A DNA stretch of 64,000 nucleotides, from positions 969 to 64,968 of the forward strand of contig JAJZUU010000006.1 in assembly GCA_021848325.1 (NCBI GenBank), given 5' to 3'. The notes beneath the pieces were generated by a model that was not told the DNA's origin, did no database searches, and worked only from the letters and a program-made list of their open reading frames with translations. Positions 50,123 through 60,057 of the stretch are shown here, one piece after another. Position 1 is the stretch's first letter, and each line of letters starts with the position of its first letter. This DNA is from Pseudomonadota bacterium. GTDB taxonomy: Bacteria; Pseudomonadota; Gammaproteobacteria; Burkholderiales; JAJZUU01. A program made the position numbers and the translations under genes.

Positions 50123-50140
50123 TGTTTAAAATTTTAAACA
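50123..50140. promoter_or_regulatory. Perfect 18-bp AT-rich palindrome, putative operator
   Basis: tgtttaaaattttaaaca directly abuts the adaptor start codon. Confidence 0.6.
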
Positions 50141-50172
50141 CAACTTCGTAACGGCTTGGGAGACGGGCGATG

Positions 50173-50961
50173 TCAGCCGCCTTGGCGAAAATCGGGATAA
50201 AGCAGCATGCCGCCGTCGACCGGAACGGTGATGCCGGTGATGTAGCTGGCGAGGTCGCTGCACAGGAAGGCAATGGCATGGCCGATCTCGTCCGGCTCGC
50301 CGACCCGGCCCATGGGGATCTTCCCGTCAAGATCGGCAAGTCCCTTGGGGTCTTGCCAGACGTTGGCGTTGATCGGGGTCTTGACCGCGCCGGGAGCGAT
50401 GGCGAGGACCCGGATGCCCTGGGCCGCCACCTCCTGCGCCAATGTCTTGCTGAACATGCTCAGCGCCGCTTTCGCGCTGGTGTAGGCGCTGTATCCGGCC
50501 CACGGGATGAACTCGTGGACGGAGCTCGTATTGACGATGACGCCGCGGCCCTGCCTGCCCATCCGCGCCACGGCCTCCCGGGCACAGTAGTAAGGGCCGA
50601 ACAGGTCGATCTCTACGACCTGACGCCAAGCCGCGACGTCGCTGTCGGCACATAAAGCGCGGGGGCCGTCGGTGCCGGCATTGTTCACGAGGATGTCGAG
50701 GCCGCCGAGTTCTTGATCCACCTGTCTAAAGAGCGCATCCACGTCTTCCTTTTGTGAAATATTGTCCAATCGGAAGGCGTATGCCTTCACGCCGAAAGAC
50801 TGCACCACGGTTGCCACCTGCTCCGCGGCTTTGGACTCGTAACGATAGGTAATCGCGACATCGGCGCCCGCCTGGGCAAGGGATTTCGCCGTCGCCGCGC
50901 CCAGACCGGAGTCCCCGCCGGTGATAAGCGCCTTGCGGCCTTGAAGTTCGATTGCAATCAC
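50173..50961 (-). CDS. Glucose 1-dehydrogenase-like SDR
   Basis: TGGDSGLG, NNAG, SSVHEFIPW, YTSAK, PGAVKTPIN; GTG start with AAGGAG RBS. Confidence 0.88.
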   Translation of the reverse strand: MIAIELQGRKALITGGDSGLGAATAKSLAQAGADVAITYRYESKAAEQVATVVQSFGVKAYAFRLDNISQKEDVDALFRQVDQELGGLDILVNNAGTDGPRALCADSDVAAWRQVVEIDLFGPYYCAREAVARMGRQGRGVIVNTSSVHEFIPWAGYSAYTSAKAALSMFSKTLAQEVAAQGIRVLAIAPGAVKTPINANVWQDPKGLADLDGKIPMGRVGEPDEIGHAIAFLCSDLASYITGITVPVDGGMLLYPDFRQGG

Positions 50962-50976
50962 ACTGTTCTCCTTTTG

Positions 50977-53307
50977 CTACTCGGTAACCCGCACTTCGTA
51001 ATCCCGGCCTTCCCATATGTTCCGATCCAGCCAGTAGAAGGTGAATTGAACGGTCTCTCCCGCGTTGAGCCCGCCGAGCGGGAGATCGACCACGTATACG
51101 CCAAGCCCGGTATCCCTGGTGTCGCTGTCCCGGGGGGCTTTCCAGCCGTTGAGGCCCCAATGCACGCGGGCCGGCGCCCTGAGCGCAATGGTGAATTGGT
51201 TGCCCGCGCGTACGCGGCGCGGACGATAGCGCGGGCCCCAAATGTCATGGGAAATCTTGGGGCGCATTCCCTGGTAGCGCTCCCAGGTGGCCACGGGCCG
51301 GTCCACTGGATAACCCAGCGCGCGGCTGTAACACAGCTTGATGAACTCGCCATGCGCCCACACCAGCGGCATGGCGGAACCGCTCGGTTTGCCCGGCTCC
51401 AGACGGTGCTCCGGGAAGGGGTTCCAATCCCAAACCTGCTCCGGCAGGAGACCGGCGGCGCCGGTCATGGCGGCCATGCCTTCGAGATAGGGCAGGGGAT
51501 CTTCCCCCGCGAGGAGCGCATAGTGTCCCCGCTCTCCCGTCAGGAGCGGCCAGCCCCGCCCGCGGCCGGTGCCGTCGAAGGCGCCGCCGTCATTATGTTC
51601 GCCGTAGCCGTCCCCGTTGTATCGGTGCCAGACCGGGCCGTTTGGGGTGTCCGTCTTGAGCATCTGGTCGACGGCCTTCAGGCTGTCGAGAATGAAGGGA
51701 TCGTCCGGTCGGCGCAGTCCGTAGCGCACCAGTTGCAGGAAGTCCGTCCCGATCTGCTCATCGGCGGGCAAGTCCGGGTCGCGGGCGCGGTTCTTGATCA
51801 ATATATGCTCCGCCTGGGCGCCATCGTGCACCAGCGCATCCGGCGGAGCGGTGCGGATGTAATACCCCCCCACCCCGAGGCGCCGCGCCAGCGCCGTGTC
51901 CTTCGCAACCGTCCAGTCATCGAGCCGGGCGTTCCAGATGTCCGCGAGCAGGAGCGCGAATTCCCGCGCCTCCCCGTCGAGAAAGGTGCTGCCTTCCACC
52001 AGCGCGGCAATGGCGATGGCGAGGGTGAACGTATTGATGCCGGGGTCCTCCTCCCACCTGTCCTGGCCCGTGGTGGGGCCCTGGCGGGTGATGAAGGAGA
52101 GTGCCCGCCGCACCATGTCCGTGACCGGGATGCCGTCCAGGGCGCCCCGCTCGCGCAGCGCGGAAGCCAGAAGGACAGGGAAGGCGGTCTCGTCGAGCTG
52201 AATGCCCTGCCAGAACGCGTCGCCCCCAAGCCACTGGTTCTGGAGCCAGTGCCCGTCCTCCTGCTGGGTGGCGATCAGGTAACGCAGCACGTCGCGGGCA
52301 TCCTCCAGCGCCCCCATGGCCACCAGCGCGCCCGCGGTTTCCACCAGATCGCGGCACCACACCAGGTGATAGCCGCCGCGGCTCTGGCTGCTTTCCCCCC
52401 AGGGTACGGCGAGGCTTGCCACCGCGGCACCGGAATAGGTCCGATCCTGATGGACCTTGAGCACCATGGCGGAAAGCGCGACCATTTCGCGAAGATGGCC
52501 GGGTAAATCGGGAAATCGGCATCCTCCCAACCAGGATTCCCAGACCCGGCATTGCGTGCCCCAGGCCGTCGAAAAATCTTCCATAAGGCTCGCTATCGCC
52601 AGCGTTGCCGCCGACCTCCTGCTCGTCCCGAGGCCGAGAGCGAGGGTGGCCTGGCGCGGCAGTTCGCCCATCAGGGAGACCACTCCCGGCCCCGCGCTGT
52701 CGTATTGCCACGTCATGCGTCCGTGCCGGTCGAAGTCCTGCCAGCCGTCGCTCGCGCCGAGGCAGCCGACGGAGCAACGCCGCCAGGCGTCGGAACCGTC
52801 TTTTCCCATCGCCACCAGCGCCAGCCCGAAGGGTCCCTGCTTCGCCCACAGGACGGTACGGCCGTTGTGCTTGGCGACGGCGGCCTCATTATTTTCCGCA
52901 TCTCCCCCCAGCCGGGACGCCAGAAGTGCATAGGGCCGCAGGCCTTCATCCCCCTCCAGCCGATAACGCAGCAGAAGCGTATCGCGTTGTTGCGAAGGGC
53001 AGATTTGCAGCGTGAAGGTAAAACGCGGGTGCCGATGAACGACCGTGACGGTGGGTATTCCGGGCTTGGGCAAGGCCACTTCGTAGTTCCCGAGTCGGCG
53101 CAACTCGACCCAGAATCCCCGGTCATCCGCGATGATAAAGCCGAGATCCCTGATTTGGGGGATGTCGATGCGCGGGTAGTAAACTTCCGTGACGATGCCC
53201 TCGGCGACGGTAAACCAGAGCCGTGAAGAGCCGAGGCTGGTGCCCACCATATCCTTGCCGGCGTGGGCCCAAGTAGGGTGCGAAGAGGCTGCCTGTGGTG
53301 CTTTCAT
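50977..53307 (-). CDS. Glycoside hydrolase family 15 (glucoamylase/glucodextranase-like)
   Basis: GIVTEVYYP N-domain, GGYHLVWCRD, QDRWEE, RYNGDGYGE, LLPEQVW, PLVWAH. Confidence 0.92.
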   Translation of the reverse strand: MKAPQAASSHPTWAHAGKDMVGTSLGSSRLWFTVAEGIVTEVYYPRIDIPQIRDLGFIIADDRGFWVELRRLGNYEVALPKPGIPTVTVVHRHPRFTFTLQICPSQQRDTLLLRYRLEGDEGLRPYALLASRLGGDAENNEAAVAKHNGRTVLWAKQGPFGLALVAMGKDGSDAWRRCSVGCLGASDGWQDFDRHGRMTWQYDSAGPGVVSLMGELPRQATLALGLGTSRRSAATLAIASLMEDFSTAWGTQCRVWESWLGGCRFPDLPGHLREMVALSAMVLKVHQDRTYSGAAVASLAVPWGESSQSRGGYHLVWCRDLVETAGALVAMGALEDARDVLRYLIATQQEDGHWLQNQWLGGDAFWQGIQLDETAFPVLLASALRERGALDGIPVTDMVRRALSFITRQGPTTGQDRWEEDPGINTFTLAIAIAALVEGSTFLDGEAREFALLLADIWNARLDDWTVAKDTALARRLGVGGYYIRTAPPDALVHDGAQAEHILIKNRARDPDLPADEQIGTDFLQLVRYGLRRPDDPFILDSLKAVDQMLKTDTPNGPVWHRYNGDGYGEHNDGGAFDGTGRGRGWPLLTGERGHYALLAGEDPLPYLEGMAAMTGAAGLLPEQVWDWNPFPEHRLEPGKPSGSAMPLVWAHGEFIKLCYSRALGYPVDRPVATWERYQGMRPKISHDIWGPRYRPRRVRAGNQFTIALRAPARVHWGLNGWKAPRDSDTRDTGLGVYVVDLPLGGLNAGETVQFTFYWLDRNIWEGRDYEVRVTE

Positions 53308-53508
53308 AGGGGCTTTCGTGTTGATTGTTATGGTGAAGAGACCAGGGTTTTGCCCGAATGGTTCATAAATTCGTGCAATAGCCGTAAAGGGCATCTCTGC
53401 CGGGGCAACACAAAAGCCGCGCGCCGGCAAGATGGTCGCGCCGCGTCAAACTTGCAGGGGATAGGAGAAAAAGTAAGGCAAAGACAAAAAAGGAGCCAAG
53501 CTCCCGGC

Positions 53509-54282
53509 TCAGGAGCGAAAAACGCCGTAGCGGTCATGCTCGAAGTGGTGCAGCTTGGCCACCGCGATCGGCGACCAACGCCGCCCGGTCAGTCGATACA
53601 CGGCCACCCCCAGCAGCGTGCCCAGCAACGGGCCCAACCAATACACCCACCAGGCATGCCAGTCGCCGGAGATCAGGGCCGGCCCAAAGCTGCGCGCCGG
53701 ATTGGTGCTGGTTCCGGAGACATTCGCCTCGACGAAAACCATGACCGCGTAGAGGAAGGGAAAAAGCGCCGGCGTAAAGGCCCGCAAGCGCCGGTGCTGA
53801 AGGAAGAAGAACAATCCAAAGATGAGGGCGAAAGTGGTCGCCGTCTCCCCCAGCAGCGCCCAACCGGCGCCGTAAGCGGCACCAGGCAGCGTCGCGCCGA
53901 AGGCGATGCTGCGCCCCATTGCCCCCCACGCCAGCAGCGGCACCGCCCCTACCACCGCACCTGCGATCTGCGCGAACACGTAGCCCAGGACATGACGGGC
54001 CTTCAGCTTGCCCATCAGCCAGAATCCCAGGGTAACGACCGGGTTGATATGCGCCCCGCTCTCTTTGCCGAGCGGCGAAAGAGCGATCAGGGCACCGGTT
54101 GTGCCAAACAGGAAGCCGGTGATCAGCCGCCGCCAACCGGCGCTGGGGAGAAGCTGAACCACGGGGCTGCCCTGGCCGAAGTCCAGGATCACGATCGACA
54201 GCCCCACCGCGACGAGAATGGCCGTGCCGGCCAGTTCTGCGCCGAATAGCATCCAGGGAACAGACCGATCAGATATGTCCAT
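53509..54282 (-). CDS. Aquaporin/MIP channel
   Basis: AELAGT, SGAHINPVVT, GTSTNPARSFGPA, WVYWLGP. Confidence 0.92.
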   Translation of the reverse strand: MDISDRSVPWMLFGAELAGTAILVAVGLSIVILDFGQGSPVVQLLPSAGWRRLITGFLFGTTGALIALSPLGKESGAHINPVVTLGFWLMGKLKARHVLGYVFAQIAGAVVGAVPLLAWGAMGRSIAFGATLPGAAYGAGWALLGETATTFALIFGLFFFLQHRRLRAFTPALFPFLYAVMVFVEANVSGTSTNPARSFGPALISGDWHAWWVYWLGPLLGTLLGVAVYRLTGRRWSPIAVAKLHHFEHDRYGVFRS

Positions 54283-54588
54283 AATGCAGGATCTTGCCCC
54301 ATCGGCCGTAGCTTATTGCGCGCCGCGATCGCGACAGAATCGGACGTGGCCGGCCAACTCCCGCGAGTAACCGGGTGCGCGGATTTTCCGCATCGGGTTT
54401 CAAGCGAACGGCCTTATCAAGATTATCACGGCTGGCAAAGACTTCCGGCATTCGGACCATTTTACAGGCTCAGTGGGCACTGTTCGACGTCGGCGCCGGG
54501 CCAGAGTTCGCGATATCAGCGAAAAATATGCCTCTGAATCATTTCCGGAGCGGGACTTGCGGTCGGCCCGGCTGCGTGTCCCCGCGGC

Positions 54589-54728
54589 CGCAGGAACTCC
54601 CGGCGCACGCCCCATTGCTCCAGGGGCAGCACCTTGAAGCGGCAGCGGATCACCACCGCTCCCGCGGTGGCGAGGATCGGCGCGATGGAGATGCCCAGTT
54701 CGCTCAGCACCAGCATGCCCGCCACCAC
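54589..54728 (-). pseudogene. Internally deleted MscS-family mechanosensitive channel remnant
   Basis: LVLSELGISIAPILATAG (TM2/3-like) joined directly to AVVIRCRFKVLPLEQWGVRREFLR (C-terminal-domain-like). Confidence 0.65.
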
Positions 54729-54965
54729 GCTATCCAAGTAAGCCGCTTCGCGGTAGCCTGTTGCGCGCACTGAAGTAGTCCCCTCTCCGTATCGACTGAA
54801 TCGGCCAAGCTCTTGGCCGAACGTCTGTATCTCTGTTCTCCCCCTCGGACCGTCGCCTCGCCTCGGGGGCGGCAAAAGGGCTCCCCCATGTTTCATGCCA
54901 AAATGCTGGAATGTGGGACCGATTCCGCTGACGTTCGTGGTTTGTCTGGTGCGGGGTGAGCGGGC

Positions 54966-56408
54966 CTACAGGCTTGCGCGCAGCGCCTCGCCGTAGGCTT
55001 TGAGCCGGTTGAGCAGGGCGCGTCGCGCTGCCGTTGTGCCGGGCTCCGCGCTCAATTCCGCAAGGCGTGCGGAGTATTGTTCAAGGGTGATGCTGCCGCC
55101 GCCATCGGGGTTGCTGAGGCGCTGCCCGCGGTATTCCAGCCAGCGGGCTTGCTCTCCGGCAGCGAGGGTTTCCGGGTAGTTGCGGGCCCGGTAGCGGAAC
55201 AGCATCTCGGGAATGCGCGGGTCGTCGAAGGGCAAGGCGAGCTTGCCCAGTTCCGCCGGGGGCGTGCTGCGAATGACTTCCATCCGTGCCCGGTCTTTGT
55301 CGCTGAAGAAACTGCCGCCATAGAGGGCAAGGTCGGGATCGGTTTCCGGTTCGAACCGGCCGGCCTCGAATATCTCGCCGATCTTCTGCGCCAGCCCATG
55401 GGTGGCCTTGAGTCTTTCCAGGTGCTTCAGGCACTGGCCGACATCGAGCTGCAAACGTGCCTCGGCCCCGGGGTTGAGGGTCTTGGGCGTGACCAGCACC
55501 GGGCACTTGTTGAGGTGCACGGTCTTGAGCGGGATGCGCTCGGCGCCTTCCCCTTGCTCGGCAAGGGGGGTGAACAGCCGTTCCCGGATCGTGTCGGCGT
55601 CGAACTCGATCAGAGGCGCGGGGTCGTAGCGCAGGTCGTAGACGATGACGCCGTTCTTGTTGGCGGGGTGCATCGCCAGCGGTGCGACCAGGGTGGTGCA
55701 GCAGAACTCGCCCGAAATCATCCCGGAGGTGTGCAGCACCGGTTTCATCTCGCGCACGTCGATTTGCCCGGCGGCGAGCCGCTTGCTGCGCAGGCGGTAG
55801 AGGTAGTCGTAGAGCCGCGGCTGCCTCTCCCTGATCAGGCGGGCGACGGCGATGGTGGCGCGCACGTCGGAGAGGGCGTCGTGGGCCGCCTCGTGGGCGA
55901 TGCCGTTGGCCCGGGTCAGGGCCTCCAGCTTGAAGTCGGGGTTGCCGTTTTCGCGGTCGGGCCACTCGATCCCCGCCGGGCGCAGGGCGCGGGTGGCGCG
56001 CGCCATGTCGATGATGTCCCAGCGCGAGTTGCCGTTTTGCCACTCACGGGCGTAGGGGTCGTAGAAATTGCGGTACAGGGTGTTGCGGGTGAATTCATCG
56101 TCGAAACGCAGGGTGTTGTAGCCGCAGCCGCAGGTTCCGGGCCGCGCCAGCTCGGCGTGGATGAGGCGGATGAACTCGGCCTCGGTCACGCCCTTGTCCA
56201 TCAGGTCCTGCGGCGCCAGGCCGGTGACCAGGCAGGCATCCGGGTTCGGCAACAGGTCGTCGGCCGGTTTGCAATAGATATCCAGCGGCTTGCCGATTTC
56301 GTTCAGCGCCTCGTCGGTGCGGATGCCGGCGAATTGCAGGGGACGGTCGCGCCTGGCATCGATGCCGGAGGTTTCGTAATCGTGCCAGTAGAGGGTGTTG
56401 TCGCTCAT
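54966..56408 (-). CDS. sbcB: Exodeoxyribonuclease I
   Basis: WHDYETSG, GYNTLRFDDE, AHDALSDV, FRYRARNYP. Confidence 0.96.
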   Translation of the reverse strand: MSDNTLYWHDYETSGIDARRDRPLQFAGIRTDEALNEIGKPLDIYCKPADDLLPNPDACLVTGLAPQDLMDKGVTEAEFIRLIHAELARPGTCGCGYNTLRFDDEFTRNTLYRNFYDPYAREWQNGNSRWDIIDMARATRALRPAGIEWPDRENGNPDFKLEALTRANGIAHEAAHDALSDVRATIAVARLIRERQPRLYDYLYRLRSKRLAAGQIDVREMKPVLHTSGMISGEFCCTTLVAPLAMHPANKNGVIVYDLRYDPAPLIEFDADTIRERLFTPLAEQGEGAERIPLKTVHLNKCPVLVTPKTLNPGAEARLQLDVGQCLKHLERLKATHGLAQKIGEIFEAGRFEPETDPDLALYGGSFFSDKDRARMEVIRSTPPAELGKLALPFDDPRIPEMLFRYRARNYPETLAAGEQARWLEYRGQRLSNPDGGGSITLEQYSARLAELSAEPGTTAARRALLNRLKAYGEALRASL

Positions 56409-56677
56409 GGGCTTCCTTTTCGTTTGCCGTTCATCATAACCGCACGGCGCGGCCGTTGCATACCGGCCACCGTCCCGGGGAGGATATCCCAGGATCGTAT
56501 GCGTTCGTAGAGGGCGCGGGGAACACATACGAAAATCAGTGGATGAGCGCGCATGGCGGATCACCTGCCCGGAGACGATGTGACCCTTCCTAACCCGTGG
56601 GATGCGTCTGCGTCCCCGGCGGATCAATCGCTTTTTTAGGTTTATAATGCCGGGATCGGAATGCCTTTATCTTCTTC

Positions 56678-57349
56678 ATGAAACTCCTCGCCCTGGACAC
56701 CTCTACCGAATACTGCTCGCTCGCCCTGTGGCTGGAAGGGGAGGTGGTCTCGCGCGAGGCGCTGGCCGGGCAGCGCCACTCCGAGCTGGTGTTGCCCATG
56801 TTGCAGGAACTGCTGGCGGAGGGGGGGGTGACGCTGGGCGCCCTGGACGGCATCGCCTTCGGCTCCGGGCCGGGGTCGTTCACGGGCCTGCGCATTGCCT
56901 GCGGGGTGGCCCAGGGGCTGGCCTTCGGCGCCGATCTGCCGGTGGCAGGGGTGTGCACCCTGGAAGCCCTGGCCCAGGGGGCGGGTGGGAAGCGGGTCAT
57001 CGCTTGCCTGGATGCACGCATGGGTGAGGTGTACCACGCCGCGTATGTCAGGGGGGAGGAGCGCTGGCAGACCCTGAGCATACCCGGGCTTTATTCGCCG
57101 GAACAGGTGCCGGCCGTGGACGGAGGCGGCTGGATCGGCTGCGGCAGCGGATTTGCCGCCTACGGCGAGCAGTTGCGGGGACAGTACGGGGAGCGGCTCA
57201 CGGGCGTGATGGGGGAGGTCTTCCCCCATGCGCGCCACATGGCGCCCCTGGCTGTCGCGCTGTTCGAGGATGGTGCGGCGGTGGAGCCGTGGCATGCGGC
57301 CCCGCTTTACATCAGAGACAAGGTCGCCCTGAAGGTCGGCGAGCGATGA
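56678..57349 (+). CDS. tsaB: tRNA t6A biosynthesis protein TsaB
   Basis: LALDTST, HSELVLP, GPGSFTGLRI, DARMGEVY, PLYIR. Confidence 0.96.
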   Translation: MKLLALDTSTEYCSLALWLEGEVVSREALAGQRHSELVLPMLQELLAEGGVTLGALDGIAFGSGPGSFTGLRIACGVAQGLAFGADLPVAGVCTLEALAQGAGGKRVIACLDARMGEVYHAAYVRGEERWQTLSIPGLYSPEQVPAVDGGGWIGCGSGFAAYGEQLRGQYGERLTGVMGEVFPHARHMAPLAVALFEDGAAVEPWHAAPLYIRDKVALKVGER

Positions 57350-57807
57350 GCGCCCTCTTGAAGGAGACCCCGATGTTCAGGCCGATGGGTCGGGAGGACC
57401 TGGGCGCGGTGCTGGCCATCGAGTGCGACGTCTACCCCTTCCCCTGGACCAGGGGAAATTTCAGCGATTCCCTTCAGGCCGGCTATGGTTGTTGGGTGTA
57501 CGAGGTGAATGGGGCCGTGGTGGGCTACGGGGTAATGATGCTGGCGGCGGGGGAGGCCCATCTGCTGAACGTGGCCATCGCCCGAAAATGGCAGCGCCGG
57601 GGCATGGGGCGCAAGCTGATGCAGCACCTGATCAAGGTGGCGCGGGAATACCACGCCGAATTCATGTTCCTGGAGGTGCGCCCGAGCAATATCGCCGCCC
57701 ACCGGCTTTACGAGGACCTGGGTTTTACCGAGATCGTGGTGCGCAAGAACTACTACCCTGCCCACAAGGGGCGCGAGGACGCCGTCATCATGGGGCTTTC
57801 CCTGTGA
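57346..57807 (+). CDS. rimI: Ribosomal protein S18 alanine N-acetyltransferase
   Basis: FPWTRGNF, EAHLLNVA, FLEVRPSN, RKNYY, EDAVIM. Confidence 0.95.
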   Translation: MSALLKETPMFRPMGREDLGAVLAIECDVYPFPWTRGNFSDSLQAGYGCWVYEVNGAVVGYGVMMLAAGEAHLLNVAIARKWQRRGMGRKLMQHLIKVAREYHAEFMFLEVRPSNIAAHRLYEDLGFTEIVVRKNYYPAHKGREDAVIMGLSL

Positions 57808-58544
57808 GCGGGATGCGCGCGGCCTATCTCAGGGAGATGGGGCTGTGGCCGCTGTGGCGGCTGCGCCAGGGACAGGCGGCCGGCTCGGCGCAGGGCACGC
57901 AGCCGCAGGCCGTCCCGTTGCCGGCCGGCGAAGGGGCTTCCCCGGCGGACGGCGGGGGGGCGGAGATCGCGCGCCTGGACTGGGCGGCGCTCAAGGAGCG
58001 GGTGACGGCCTGCACCGCCTGCCCCCTGCACCAGACCCGGACCCAGGCGGTGTTCGGCGTGGGCGACGAAGCCGCCCAGTGGCTGTTCGTGGGAGAGGCG
58101 CCGGGGGCCGAGGAGGACGCCCGGGGCGAGCCCTTCGTGGGCCAGGCGGGCAAGCTGCTGGACAATATGCTGGCGAGCATCGGCCTTGGGCGCGGTGACA
58201 ACGTGTATATTGCCAACGTGCTCAAGTGCCGCCCGCCGGGCAACCGCAACCCGCATCCGGACGAGGTGCGCCGGTGCGAGCCTTACCTGGCGCGGCAGAT
58301 CGAGTTGATCCGGCCCCGGCTCATCGTCACCCTGGGCAAGTTCGCGGCCCAGACCCTGCTCGGCAAGGAGGCGACCATCGCCAGCCTGCGCGGCACCGTG
58401 CACGATTACCGCGGCATTCCGCTGATTGTGAGCTACCACCCGGCCTACCTGCTGCGCAATTTGCCGGACAAGGCCAAGGCCTGGGAAGACCTGTGCCTGG
58501 CCAGGCAGACCATGGCGGAGCGCCAGGGGACGGAGGCGCGCTAG
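57804..58544 (+). CDS. Uracil-DNA glycosylase family 4
   Basis: CTACPL, GEAPG, GEPFVG, KCRPPGNRNP, YHPAYLLR; start uncertain. Confidence 0.93.
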   Translation: MSGMRAAYLREMGLWPLWRLRQGQAAGSAQGTQPQAVPLPAGEGASPADGGGAEIARLDWAALKERVTACTACPLHQTRTQAVFGVGDEAAQWLFVGEAPGAEEDARGEPFVGQAGKLLDNMLASIGLGRGDNVYIANVLKCRPPGNRNPHPDEVRRCEPYLARQIELIRPRLIVTLGKFAAQTLLGKEATIASLRGTVHDYRGIPLIVSYHPAYLLRNLPDKAKAWEDLCLARQTMAERQGTEAR

Positions 58545-58564
58545 GCGAAAGCGGGGCTTCCCGG

Positions 58565-59782
58565 TCAGCCGTGCGCCGGCTGTGGCCTATGGCGGCGGTA
58601 GATGGCGGCCATGGTAACGCTGATGAAGAGTCCGAACATTACGATAATGGCGTTGATATGCAGGTCCGTTCCCACCATTACCGTGTAGGCCCCGAGCAGC
58701 AGCAGGATCCCGATGTTCTCGTTGAAGTTCTGCACCGCGATGGAGTGGCCGGCCCCCATCAACAGGTGGCCGCGGTGTTGCAGCAGGGCGTTGAGGGGTA
58801 CCACGAAAAAGCCGCTCATGGCGCCGATCAGGAACAGCAGCACGGCGGCGAGCCACAAATGTTGCACCAGGACCATCACCACCACCAGCAGCCCCATGAC
58901 GATGCCGGCGGGCAGGGACTTGACCGCATGCTCCAGCTTGATGAAGCGCGCGGCTGCGATCGCCCCCATGGCGATGCCGAGCGCCACGATGACGGTCAGC
59001 AGGGGCGCGTTTTCGGGCTTGAAGTGAAGCGCTGCCACCGCCCACACCAGCACCACCAGCCTCAGGGTCGCACCCACTCCCCAGAACAGGGTGGTAACCG
59101 CCAGCGAGACCCGGCCTTGCGGATCGCGCCATAGCAGCGAGAACGCGTGCCAGAAGTCGTGCAGCACGTAGAGGGGGTTCTTCTTGGGCAGCCGGTGGTC
59201 GATGGGCACATGGGGGATGTACAGGTTGATCACCGCTGCTAGCACGTACAGGGCCGTGATGACGGCAATGGCGAATTCCGGCGGGCGGAGCCAGGAAAGA
59301 TCCCAGCGGTGAATGAAACAATCGGCCACCGCGGGGGTCACCAGCACGGTGCCCAGGATGGCCCCCAGCACGATGGCCGCCACGGTGGTGCCTTCCATCC
59401 AACTGTTTGCCGCGACCAGTTTGTGGGGGGGCAGGTACTCGGTAAGGATGCCATACTTGGCGGGAGAATAGGCCGCCGCGCCGATGCCCACGACCCCATA
59501 GGCGTACAGAGGTTGCATCCCCAGCAGCATGGCCATGCAGCCCGCGAACTTGATGGCGTTGCTGACGAACATCACCTGCCCCTTGGGGATGGCGTCGGCG
59601 AAAGAACCGACGAAGGGCGCCAGCAGAATGTACGCGATGACGAAAAATTCCTGCAGCAGCGGGGTGTGCCAGGCCGGGGCGCTGAGTACCTTGAGCAGGG
59701 CGATGGCCGCGAACAGCAGGGCGTTGTCGGCCAGAGCGGATACGAATTGGGCGGTGAGGATGGTGTAGAAGCCGCGATCCAT
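58565..59782 (-). CDS. lplT: Lysophospholipid transporter (MFS)
   Basis: AQFVSALADNALL, AYSPAKYGILTE, VVPLNALLQHRG, SIAVQNFNEN. Confidence 0.93.
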   Translation of the reverse strand: MDRGFYTILTAQFVSALADNALLFAAIALLKVLSAPAWHTPLLQEFFVIAYILLAPFVGSFADAIPKGQVMFVSNAIKFAGCMAMLLGMQPLYAYGVVGIGAAAYSPAKYGILTEYLPPHKLVAANSWMEGTTVAAIVLGAILGTVLVTPAVADCFIHRWDLSWLRPPEFAIAVITALYVLAAVINLYIPHVPIDHRLPKKNPLYVLHDFWHAFSLLWRDPQGRVSLAVTTLFWGVGATLRLVVLVWAVAALHFKPENAPLLTVIVALGIAMGAIAAARFIKLEHAVKSLPAGIVMGLLVVVMVLVQHLWLAAVLLFLIGAMSGFFVVPLNALLQHRGHLLMGAGHSIAVQNFNENIGILLLLGAYTVMVGTDLHINAIIVMFGLFISVTMAAIYRRHRPQPAHG

Positions 59783-60057
59783 CAGATGGTGGGGTCGTCA
59801 AAGAATACTTTGGATTTCCGGAAGGCGGCGCGCGCCAGCCAGCTTTATACCATGAAAAGACGGGGGTGGCCACGGCCGCGGCCGATTCCTTCCCGATCGC
59901 CGGCCGCTTGGATGGAAGTCCCGTCGGCGGCCGTGGCCGCCCTATGCTAATCGTCAAAAGTATGGTTCAATTATAGGTTCCCGCACGCGTCTAGATCCTG
60001 CCCATCTCCAGGATGCGCGGGCCCGTTTTCGGTAGTCTTCAGGAATTCGAGTCGACC

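Noticed and set aside
53308-53508. Riboswitch upstream of GH15 (gggcaaaacc recalls c-di-GMP-I)
   Set aside because: The rest of the consensus and its stems are absent.
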